Assembly (NCBI GenBank): GCA_965228485.1
Contig: OZ245819.1
Span: 930,001-962,000, forward strand
DNA length: 32,000 nucleotides
Source of the DNA: Candidatus Saccharimonadota bacterium
GTDB taxonomy: Bacteria > Patescibacteriota > Gracilibacteria > UBA4473
Reading direction: 5' to 3'
The notes under the pieces were generated by a model. That model did not search any database. It was given only the letters and a program-made list of their open reading frames with translations, and had not been told where the DNA came from. Position numbers and translations under genes: made by a program. Positions within the stretch are counted from its first letter, which is position 1; each line of letters begins with the position of its first letter. This document shows positions 1 through 7,555 of this stretch, one piece after another.

Positions 1-467
1 ATTGGATCACTATTTTTTTTGTGTCCGTCATATTTAACTTCCCAAGGAAAATCAATCCAGGTATCGTAATTTAATATATCTCCAACATAGGTAAGTGTAT
101 GATCTGGCCAGCGTGCAAAGGTTGCGGCGGTATCTATGGTGTGGTAGAGTTTTTGGACGTATTTTATCGTTTCGCCCGAATCAAAAATATCATCTATGAG
201 CAAGCATTTTTCAGGATTGATGACATCGTTTGAAAATCCCTCAACCGTGACATGATGAATATTCCCCGCTTTTTGGTCTGTGTAACTTGAAAGATTGATG
301 GTTTCTACGGGAATATTTAGTTTTTTGGCAATAAAGTAAGCAGGAAATAGTCCTCCTCTAGTAATGGCAAGAATAAAGTCGTATTGCTTCCCAGTCGTCT
401 GGATTTGATTGATCAATTTATCATTTGTCTGATAAAAATCCGTCCACGTAATGAGCTTATTTGCCAT
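1..467 (-). CDS. gpt: xanthine-guanine-type phosphoribosyltransferase; the 3' end runs off the window edge
   Basis: Hand translation of the minus strand from the ATG at 467-465 stays open to position 1 (155 codons). It is absent from the ORF track because no stop lies in the window. Sequence: MANKLITWTDF..AITRGGLFPAYFIAKKLN..SSY..CLLIDDIFDSGETI..DTWIDFPWE. It shows the Gpt-like layout: RGGL loop, acidic IDD-x-x-D-S-G-x-T PRPP motif, and C-terminal DTWIxxPW. Confidence 0.7.
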   Translation of the reverse strand, partial: MANKLITWTDFYQTNDKLINQIQTTGKQYDFILAITRGGLFPAYFIAKKLNIPVETINLSSYTDQKAGNIHHVTVEGFSNDVINPEKCLLIDDIFDSGETIKYVQKLYHTIDTAATFARWPDHTLTYVGDILNYDTWIDFPWEVKYDGHKKNSDP

Positions 468-504
468 GGTACTCTTTAATAGTTCTTGAACAGCATAAAA
501 AAAT

Positions 505-532
505 TTGCGAATTTATAAATTTTTTCTATATT
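505..532 (+). promoter_or_regulatory. candidate sigma70-type promoter for tRNA-Asn
   Basis: TTGCGA (505-510), a 16-nt spacer, then TATATT (527-532), about 20 nt upstream of the tRNA 5' end at 553. This is motif match only, in AT-rich DNA. Confidence 0.3.
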
Positions 533-552
533 TGCTTGGCTCTTGCCAACGA

Positions 553-627
553 TCCCGGGTAGCTCAGTGGTAGAGCAGTTGGCTGTTAACCAATTGGTCG
601 TCGGTTCGAATCCGACCCCGGGAGCCA
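553..627 (+). tRNA. tRNA-Asn (anticodon GTT), CCA encoded
   Basis: Cloverleaf read by hand: acceptor TCCCGGG/CCCGGGA, D arm GCTC/GAGC, anticodon stem GTTGG/CCAAT with loop CTGTTAA (GTT), 5-nt variable loop, T arm GTCGG-TTCGAAT-CCGAC, discriminator G plus CCA. Confidence 0.95.
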
Positions 628-2339
628 GATTTAAGATTTATAGAAGAGGTGGCATTGTTGCCACTTTTTTTATTTTTAGCAATGTCTGATTTTATTATAC
701 TAGCAAAGGGTTCTCTCCATACTACCTCAACATGATCATCAAACATTTTCAGGTTCGAACAGAGGGATAAAAGCAGTGATTTTTTTGGTTCGAACTCAGT
801 TTCTTCATTTAAGATTTCTTTTGCATCTCCCAAAACCTGAAGTCTTTGCCAAGCAATCTCAAATTTAGAAGTATGTGATTCTCGTAAGAGTCGAACTTTT
901 TCCTGAGTTGATTCAAGCTCACTTTGACAACTTTCAATAGCAAACGAGATGTCTCTTGGTGATTCGTCACTACTGATCTTCTTTCGAGTAATCTTTCCAA
1001 GTTCTTCATCGAGCTTTGATTCTTTTTCTTTTAATTTTTGCAGTTCTTTTTTGAACTCTTTTTCTTCATCAAGCCAAAGCGTGTAAAGCTGACGAGTCAG
1101 AATTTGAAAAAGCTTTTCGGTTATATGCAATTTGGAAAGTTCGTTGTTAAGCCATGAGATAAAGTTTTCAAGCTTAACCGATTTTCGATTACTTCTGCTG
1201 TGATAAATCCGTTTTATCTCACTACATTTTGTATTTTGATTAACCGCGGTATTACATTTAGAACAAACAGTATTACCATCATAAAATCGATGTTTACACT
1301 TTGAACAAGTGAGTCTCTTTCGGTTATCATAAACAATCGGACTTGGTATTGTTTCACCATTCGCATTCGTAAAAGTATCTGTACCGCTCACAGTAATTCC
1401 TTTGATTAAACTTCCTAGGTCGTAAGATCTTTCTATTTTGGCGTGTACATACCCCATTCTTTGAAGTATTGCCTGCGCCTCCCAAAATTCCTCCTCAGTC
1501 ACCATTGCAGGGTGACTTCCTTCTGTCCAGATCTCCTTTCTTGCTTCGTCATAGCCATTTTTTATTTTTCCTGTGTAATACTGGCTGGAAAACATAGACC
1601 GAATAGTAGAGCTGGTGACATTTCGTACTTCTTTATTCCACAAATGTTTTAAGCCTTGATTGCGAGCATAAGAGTAAATTTGTTCGAGTTTGTATGTTTC
1701 AGAAAGAAGCATGTCCCAGAGTTCACGACATATTGAGTAATTTGGCTCATCTTTTTCAACCCATTTCTCTCCCTTATTTTCTCCTTCGTTTTTGTATCCG
1801 ATAGGGGCTTTCCCGCCAGTTCCTCCTTTTGATCTCTTATTTCTAAGTCCTGATTTTGTATTCTCTGATCTTTGGTCATTATCGAATTTAGCTACTGCTA
1901 AAAATAGGTTTAAAGTGAATTTATCGGCTGGTGTGTTTTTGAAAGACTTATCTAAAGTTCTTATCTCAGAGAGATGTGTGTTTCCATATTTGTCTATGGG
2001 ATCAAGCAGTTGGATAAGTCTTCCGTTGTCAGTTGCATTTCTTGAAAGCCGAGAAAGGTCTGTACAAAATAGAATATCAAATTTTCCTTTTTTTATTTCT
2101 TCGAGCATCATATTGAATTTCTCTCTGCCTGGCTTTTTAGCAGAAGCATCCTCATAAAACCAATCAACATCTTTTTCGCTTTTCCATTTTAATTTTTTCG
2201 TAGGATCTAGTTCTGCACGGTCATCTCTCGCAAAATATTCTTTTGTATCTCGCTCTTGCCTTTGAAGAGAATGTTTCTGATGCTTTTCATCAGAATCTTT
2301 TGAAGACTTTCTTCCGTAAACGACTACTCTAAATGACAT
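564..2339 (-). CDS. large serine recombinase (integrase)
   Basis: Track ORF 564..2363. The likely start is the ATG at 2339 (MSFRVVVYGRKSS..), giving the catalytic-Ser motif YGRKSS..Q. It has a resolvase-type N-terminal domain, a recombinase domain, a Cys4 zinc ribbon (CSKCKHRF..CSKCNT) and a long coiled coil (KEFKKELQKLKEKESKLDEEL). The 3' end is unusual: the frame stays open antisense through the tRNA-Asn terminator and gene. Confidence 0.9.
   Translation of the reverse strand: MSFRVVVYGRKSSKDSDEKHQKHSLQRQERDTKEYFARDDRAELDPTKKLKWKSEKDVDWFYEDASAKKPGREKFNMMLEEIKKGKFDILFCTDLSRLSRNATDNGRLIQLLDPIDKYGNTHLSEIRTLDKSFKNTPADKFTLNLFLAVAKFDNDQRSENTKSGLRNKRSKGGTGGKAPIGYKNEGENKGEKWVEKDEPNYSICRELWDMLLSETYKLEQIYSYARNQGLKHLWNKEVRNVTSSTIRSMFSSQYYTGKIKNGYDEARKEIWTEGSHPAMVTEEEFWEAQAILQRMGYVHAKIERSYDLGSLIKGITVSGTDTFTNANGETIPSPIVYDNRKRLTCSKCKHRFYDGNTVCSKCNTAVNQNTKCSEIKRIYHSRSNRKSVKLENFISWLNNELSKLHITEKLFQILTRQLYTLWLDEEKEFKKELQKLKEKESKLDEELGKITRKKISSDESPRDISFAIESCQSELESTQEKVRLLRESHTSKFEIAWQRLQVLGDAKEILNEETEFEPKKSLLLSLCSNLKMFDDHVEVVWREPFASIIKSDIAKNKKSGNNATSSINLKSGSRGRIRTDDQLVNSQLLYH
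649..671 (+). terminator. intrinsic terminator of the tRNA-Asn transcript
   Basis: Stem GTGGCA (649-654), loop TTGT, stem TGCCAC (659-664), followed by T7 (665-671). Confidence 0.7.
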
Positions 2340-2346
2340 TATTTTT

Positions 2347-2538
2347 CTATAAGCATCCAACAAGGAAGGTGTTTAAATTTCTAGAGCTTTCTTTGAGCTT
2401 TTCATTTGTCAGAGTTATTTCATATTCCTCTCTCAAAACTGCTTCTAAATCATTCAAGAATTCTTCTTCATTTTTGTATGCAGTGATCCCTGAAAGTTTC
2501 TCAGAAAAGTTTGGAGCAGGGGCATGTTTGAATGACAT
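2347..2538 (-). CDS. small acidic hypothetical protein immediately upstream of the recombinase (possible regulator or directionality factor; speculative)
   Basis: Track ORF 2347..2559. The internal ATG at 2538 gives a 63-aa product, MSFKHAPAPNFSEKLSGITAYKNEEEFLNDLEAVLREEYEITLTNEKLKESS... The stop lies 7 nt before the recombinase ATG on the same strand. There is no recognisable domain. Confidence 0.3.
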   Translation of the reverse strand: MSFKHAPAPNFSEKLSGITAYKNEEEFLNDLEAVLREEYEITLTNEKLKESSRNLNTFLVGCL

Positions 2539-2547
2539 CAAACATGC
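2522..2547. repeat. perfect 10-bp inverted repeat spanning the small-ORF start codon
   Basis: GCATGTTTGA (2522-2531), loop ATGACA, TCAAACATGC (2538-2547). The loop and right arm contain the ATG at 2538 (minus strand). Confidence 0.5.
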
Positions 2548-2864
2548 TTTTATACACACAAAGTTCCTATTTATGAAACCGTTTCTTGTTCCTTTTGAAG
2601 TTCCTCAAATTTTATTTGATAAGGGATAAAACAATATTTTATAGATTTAAAATCTTTGGAAAACTTGTTTGTTTCTACGAAAAGGAAAAGTACCTCTTAA
2701 TGTATAAAGAAAATAAAAAACGCCGTTTCTCAATAGAAAAACTTCTATCTTATTTTTTCTTCCATCGGTTATAAAGGTAAATCACTACGATGATCACTAT
2801 TCCATAAAAGATATAGGGATCATTTGCCATTTGTTCTTCGAGTCCTTCCATGTTTTTGGGGTTA

Positions 2865-2943
2865 TAAAATAAAAAAGGGGCGACTTTCGTTGCACCTTAC
2901 TCGACAATCCCTGAGGACAACCGTTAAGACGAGAAATCGCCCC
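2865..2943 (-). terminator. terminator-like structured element downstream of the HTH gene
   Basis: On the minus strand: GGGGCGA (2943-2937), a 53-nt interior, TCGCCCC (2883-2877), then TTTTTTATTTTA. The GC-rich 7-bp closing stem stands out in AT-rich DNA. The large interior makes it atypical for a simple intrinsic terminator. Confidence 0.4.
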
Positions 2944-3043
2944 ATCTTTATGGTTGTCTTAAATCAAACGCAAAAAATACGCTCAAGGGAAAATCGAAAT
3001 CGAGTAAAGTGCCTCTAAACTCTAAGATTTTTATCTCTTAAAA

Positions 3044-3484
3044 TCAAATAGAAATGAGATCAGATTCTATTTTATCGAGCCTTGTGTCGTGAATTCCTAA
3101 ATCCTTAAACGCCTGTATGTCTTCAAGGGTTAAAGTTGTTTCAGTCGTTGCTGGTGGCTTTATCTCTTGTCTCTTTATTGAATATGTTTGCGGTTGTTTT
3201 CTTTCTAAAAATTTTAGAGCAACCTCAAAGCTGTCACTTTTTAGCAAAGCCTTTTTAAGCTTCTTTTTGGCTTCGAATATCAAGAACATTTGAGATTGGT
3301 CTATTTCGTTCGAAAACTCTGTATTTTTAGCCTTCCAGTCGTAAAAGGTAGATTTAGATATTCCTGCATACAAACAAGCTTCCTCGACCGTGAAATCGTC
3401 TTTAAATGCCTCGATAAGTTTTCGGACAAGTTTGTCATCTAGTCCTTTGTATTTTGAAGGTCTGCCTCCTTTGTTTTTTATCAT
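3044..3484 (-). CDS. small HTH DNA-binding protein, resembling phage small-terminase or transposase N-terminal HTH
   Basis: N-terminus MIKNKGGRPSKYKGLDDKLVRKLIEAF..TVEEACLYAGISKSTFYDWKAKNTEF follows the GGRPxKY...HTH...W pattern seen in phage TerS-like and HTH proteins. Its ATG (3484) directly abuts the stop codon (3485-3487) of the upstream GHKL gene. Confidence 0.75.
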   Translation of the reverse strand: MIKNKGGRPSKYKGLDDKLVRKLIEAFKDDFTVEEACLYAGISKSTFYDWKAKNTEFSNEIDQSQMFLIFEAKKKLKKALLKSDSFEVALKFLERKQPQTYSIKRQEIKPPATTETTLTLEDIQAFKDLGIHDTRLDKIESDLISI

Positions 3485-5458
3485 CTAAATTTCACCATTA
3501 AATAAATGTCCATATTTTGACTTAATGAACTCAAGTTTTTCTGGTGATTGATTGAAATTATCTAGGTCTTTTTTCATGAAAGCATGTTTCCATTTCAATC
3601 CTCTAAAAATTGTTTCCCAACTTTTTACTATAACTCGAACATTTCCATCATCAGATTCCCAGAGAAGACCAGGTTCTTTGTTTTTTTGGTTAGCTTTCTT
3701 TTTCACGGTAGCGTCTAATACATCCCCAATTAAAAGAAACTCCCATGTTGTAGTAGATTTATCAAATCGATCATCTTCACTAACTTTCACTGCATAGTTT
3801 TCAATTTGTCCAACTTCTTTATTTGTAATTGTAACAGAAGGTCTTTTTAGTTCTACTACAAGGTGATGGAATGAATCTTGTCTTGTTTGAGGAAATTGTT
3901 TTCCGATACATATATCTGGGCGTTGTTTAGAATTTTCTTCTTCATCAACTACATGAAGATCATCTCTTCCCAGTTCCTTGATGTGTGATTTTAAAACATC
4001 TTTAAATATTTGGTCACTTGTCATAAGACCATTTTCATATTGATCTCCGAAAATCCATAGCTCGTTTTCAATAATTGGGTGTAAGTGCTTTCTTTCTAAT
4101 ACTTTCTTTTTTGTATCATTTGATGAAATCAATGAGTGAATTTCTTCAGCCATTTTGATTCTTTCGGTGATTTTTTTTGATAGCTTTATGATATTTGAAA
4201 GAGAATTTCTTTTTAGTAGTTCAGAAAAGTCATCAATTTCACTTTTTTCGAGAGTAACGACTCCTTCTAATATGTGTATTAATTGATCAGAGCCATTTTC
4301 AACAGCATTTTTTATAAGGTTTAACACCATTGTTTTCGTTTTTCCTTGACCAAATATTTCGGGAGACTTTTCAAGAGTTTTTGCTGCAACTATGTCGAAT
4401 ATTTGCCTCTCCGCCACTTCAAGCTTTGATTCAGGCGGATTTTGATAAGGATAGTCTTCACTCTTTTTGATTTCATCAATTTTTGATTTTGCTTTTTCTT
4501 GTTTCACAGTAAGTATGAAATCACTCATTTTCAGATCTATTGCAGATTCTATTTTTGAAAAAACTGGATTAGTTTTAAAAAGCAAAAAAGCATTGTCTTC
4601 TGAAAATTTATCAAAATAAACTGATTTTATTACGATAGAGTGACCAAAATCTTTAAGGTTTGTTCCCGTGACTCCATCGTCATATAAAGGCATTCCTTTT
4701 GAATTTGCAAATATCCGTTTTTTGATTCCCTTACTCTCCCAGTGATAAAAAATTACCTCAAGTGTTAAATCAATATTAAGGTCTTCATCAATAACAGGAA
4801 TCGATTGTTTTTGCTTTTTAATAATGGCTTTTTTTATATCGATTTCATCTCCATTTAGACTTATTTTTATATTCTCTGAGTTGTAGGTTTCTAGATATAA
4901 TCCTAAGTTGGAAATTAAATCATTTCTCAGTTCTTCGATTGAAAATTTTTTATCAAACCTTTCTTTAAAAAGATTTTCAATTTTTACTACTACCCCAGTG
5001 TGTTCAGTAGAATCAACAGGCTTATCTGAAAGTTTGAACTTTTGTAAAGACCCATTTGAGCTTCCTTGGATTTTGAATACCTTTTTTTTGTTGTCTTTTT
5101 CTTTATAAATACTTCCCCAAGAAACCTCTGTTCCCAAAGAAAAACTAAAGTAACGACCCTGTCCATTTTTCCCATGATAAAACCTGCCGTTCGGTGTTTT
5201 ATCGATAGAGGCTTTTGCCGAAGATCCTAAGAACCCAAAACTATCATTTATTTTATTGTAATCTATTCCATGTCCGTTGTCTGAAACTGTTATTAAAGAA
5301 AGTCCGTCTAGCGAGTTGTTCTCAAATACGATATCAACATTTGTTGCATCTGCATCAAGAGCGTTCCATACTAATTCTAAAATTGCTCTAGATACTGTTT
5401 GGCTAGCAAAATTATTCTCAAGATAATTATTTGCGACTTTTACTTCTAATTCCTTCAT
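3485..5458 (-). CDS. GHKL-superfamily (Bergerat-fold, MORC/HATPase_c_3-like) ATPase fused to a C-terminal PD-(D/E)xK nuclease-like domain (Shedu/DUF4263-like)
   Basis: N box ELVWNALDADATNV, G1 box VSDNGHGI, G2 box GKNGQGRYFSFSLG. The C-terminal region has ENELWIFGDQYE .. RPDICIG .. HHLVVELKRPS .. QIENYA, which fits a D...E-x-K restriction-endonuclease-fold signature. Confidence 0.8.
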   Translation of the reverse strand: MKELEVKVANNYLENNFASQTVSRAILELVWNALDADATNVDIVFENNSLDGLSLITVSDNGHGIDYNKINDSFGFLGSSAKASIDKTPNGRFYHGKNGQGRYFSFSLGTEVSWGSIYKEKDNKKKVFKIQGSSNGSLQKFKLSDKPVDSTEHTGVVVKIENLFKERFDKKFSIEELRNDLISNLGLYLETYNSENIKISLNGDEIDIKKAIIKKQKQSIPVIDEDLNIDLTLEVIFYHWESKGIKKRIFANSKGMPLYDDGVTGTNLKDFGHSIVIKSVYFDKFSEDNAFLLFKTNPVFSKIESAIDLKMSDFILTVKQEKAKSKIDEIKKSEDYPYQNPPESKLEVAERQIFDIVAAKTLEKSPEIFGQGKTKTMVLNLIKNAVENGSDQLIHILEGVVTLEKSEIDDFSELLKRNSLSNIIKLSKKITERIKMAEEIHSLISSNDTKKKVLERKHLHPIIENELWIFGDQYENGLMTSDQIFKDVLKSHIKELGRDDLHVVDEEENSKQRPDICIGKQFPQTRQDSFHHLVVELKRPSVTITNKEVGQIENYAVKVSEDDRFDKSTTTWEFLLIGDVLDATVKKKANQKNKEPGLLWESDDGNVRVIVKSWETIFRGLKWKHAFMKKDLDNFNQSPEKLEFIKSKYGHLFNGEI

Positions 5459-5551
5459 TGATTTTAAAATAATTTATTATTGATGTTTATCTTAATTGTA
5501 CATTTTTCACTTATTCCCTAAAGCGTTCTTCGTTTTTCGCTAGCCTTTCCC

Positions 5552-7555
5552 CTAGAAGTCTAAAAAATCTTTTGTCTCCGTTTTTGCTTGTTTTGGAATT
5601 ACTTCTTCTGCATCTGCTTTTTTTAATTGAGGATCTTCTGGTTCTTCATATCCCATTTCTTCTACAAAAAAATCAAAGAACTTTTCAAATTCATCAATAT
5701 TTAAAAAATCTGAAATTTGTCCTCCCTCTTCAATCATTTTTGAAATCGTTTCCAAAACCCCTTGCTCTTTATCGAAACGAGGTTTCTTCCCTGAGAGATA
5801 AAAATCTTCTAATTCTCCTGTAAGCGTAAAAATATTTTCTCCTTGAAGATCTTCCATATATTTCTCTGCTCGTTTCTTGTCTGCTCCTTCACTAATTTCT
5901 TCGATGTTTTTCCCAAAAGTGATTTGTGATTTAAGAGTGTTAAGAGCATCTATTTTCCCTTGAGATTCCCTCAGTTCGGTAAAGTATGAATTCAGTCCTT
6001 CTTTTATAAAATCGAAGTCAGGCAACACGAAATAAGGAATTTCAAGTTCTCTTAGAACTTCAACATATTTCCAAAAATCAGTTTTTCCACCAATATTCAA
6101 AACCGAAACATTGTTTTCATTCAACCAATTTTCTCCAAGCCTTTTTTGTTCTCCATATCCCTTTGCTACTTCCTCTAGTACATACTTTAAATCTTCGGTC
6201 AGAATTACTGCATCAGCAAAGAATATTTCAGCATTTTCTCTTCGAATTAAAATTTGCTTCCTTTTTGGCGGATCAAAGCTAATATTTTTTGCCTTCGTTC
6301 CTCCTTCATCAATCTTTTGTATTGCAATAACATTGAGTTTTTCTCCAACTGGAACAATAAACTCAGAAGAATGCGTAGTTGCTATTACCTGATTTTTTCC
6401 CCCATCTAAAAAGTGATTTAAACGATCCGAAATAACCCTTCTTCCATGTGGATGAAGGTAAAGTTCAGGTTCTTCAATGGCAAGCAAAGAACCGCTTGTA
6501 TGAGCAACCTCACGAATATAAAAATCAAACAAGCCGATTGTAACTGCACTTTGAATCCCTGCTCCCTTGTCTTTCAATTCACTATTAAATCCATCATCAA
6601 CATAAATTAAGGCATTTTTATAAACATCTTGTTTGGTATCAGGGTTGAACTGAAATGAAATTTTTGTATTTGGAAAAGCGATATTTATTTTCCCATCACA
6701 AACGCTTTCTTGAAGTTCTCCAAAAACACCTTCTGATGCTTTTTTAACTTCTCCAAAAGCTTTTTTTAATTCTGCATTCTCACTATCGATATAGTTTTTT
6801 AAAAGTTTTCCATACCAAGACCAACTACTTATTCTAAGCTGATCTTTGGTATCACGAAAAGCAGGAATGATAGCACTTTGCAGAAAACAGTGTCTTAAAT
6901 TTCCAACATTCAATCCCATCTCCCATTTTTCGCCATCATTTGAGTAAAAAAAGCCTAGTTTCTTCTTAAATTCTTGTCCTTCTTTTTTTACAAAAAAACA
7001 AAAGGCTACTCTTTGAATACTTGCAAATTCTTTATCAAAGGTTTGTCCCTTACAATATCCCTTTTCTCCAATCCATTTTGTACTGAAATTATCTACATTT
7101 TCCTCTAAAACCTGTTCTCCCTTTTCTGTAAAAAACGGATAAATACTACTCAAGTTTTTTTCTAAATCATCAAAATTTATATAATAGTTTGTCTGAACTC
7201 TTGAATGATAAGGAATGTCTTTGTCCTCTTTGACGATCTTTTTGAATGCTTGTTGAGGGGCATCTGCAAAATCTAGTGTTTCTATCTCTCCTGTTTTAAG
7301 GTCGATGCCTCTTTTTAATTCGCACCAAATAAAAAGCTCTTCATCCGTATTTCCATTATAAAAATCATTTTCAGTAATATTTTCTGATTTATTCCAAGTG
7401 GGAGAGGTTTCCCCCAGCACGAGATCTATAGCTTTTACAATATTGCTTTTACCTGAGTTATTTCTCCCAACAATAACATTTTTTCCTTCTTCAAAAGATA
7501 CATCTAGTTTTTTTATTGAACGATAATTTTTTATAAAAACTCGGGAAAGGTGCAT
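5552..7555 (-). CDS. OLD-family nuclease: N-terminal ABC/AAA_15-type ATPase plus C-terminal Toprim domain
   Basis: N-terminus MHLSRVFIKNYRSIKKLDVSF..VIVGRNNSGKSNIVKAI (Walker A). LLAIEEPELYLHPH is Walker B followed by the LHP motif typical of OLD/GajA-like ATPases. ATTHSSEF is also present. Toprim glutamate segment: AVILTEDLKYVLEE. Acidic DxD-like segment: YFVLPDFDF. Confidence 0.85.
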   Translation of the reverse strand: MHLSRVFIKNYRSIKKLDVSFEEGKNVIVGRNNSGKSNIVKAIDLVLGETSPTWNKSENITENDFYNGNTDEELFIWCELKRGIDLKTGEIETLDFADAPQQAFKKIVKEDKDIPYHSRVQTNYYINFDDLEKNLSSIYPFFTEKGEQVLEENVDNFSTKWIGEKGYCKGQTFDKEFASIQRVAFCFFVKKEGQEFKKKLGFFYSNDGEKWEMGLNVGNLRHCFLQSAIIPAFRDTKDQLRISSWSWYGKLLKNYIDSENAELKKAFGEVKKASEGVFGELQESVCDGKINIAFPNTKISFQFNPDTKQDVYKNALIYVDDGFNSELKDKGAGIQSAVTIGLFDFYIREVAHTSGSLLAIEEPELYLHPHGRRVISDRLNHFLDGGKNQVIATTHSSEFIVPVGEKLNVIAIQKIDEGGTKAKNISFDPPKRKQILIRRENAEIFFADAVILTEDLKYVLEEVAKGYGEQKRLGENWLNENNVSVLNIGGKTDFWKYVEVLRELEIPYFVLPDFDFIKEGLNSYFTELRESQGKIDALNTLKSQITFGKNIEEISEGADKKRAEKYMEDLQGENIFTLTGELEDFYLSGKKPRFDKEQGVLETISKMIEEGGQISDFLNIDEFEKFFDFFVEEMGYEEPEDPQLKKADAEEVIPKQAKTETKDFLDF

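Noticed and set aside
2561-2605. Resemblance of AAGTTCCTATT and GAAGTTCCT to the Flp FRT half-site GAAGTTCCTATTC
   Set aside because: There is no inverted partner with an 8-bp spacer and no tyrosine recombinase in the window, so the match is best explained by chance. The repeats are retained only as generic direct repeats.
2333-3018. Plus-strand ORFs 2333..2629, 2586..2774 and 2824..3018 in the island non-coding region
   Set aside because: Their translations are F/L/K-rich and low in complexity, as is typical of AT-rich non-coding DNA. They run against the orientation of every supported gene in the island and overlap the hairpins and repeats described above.
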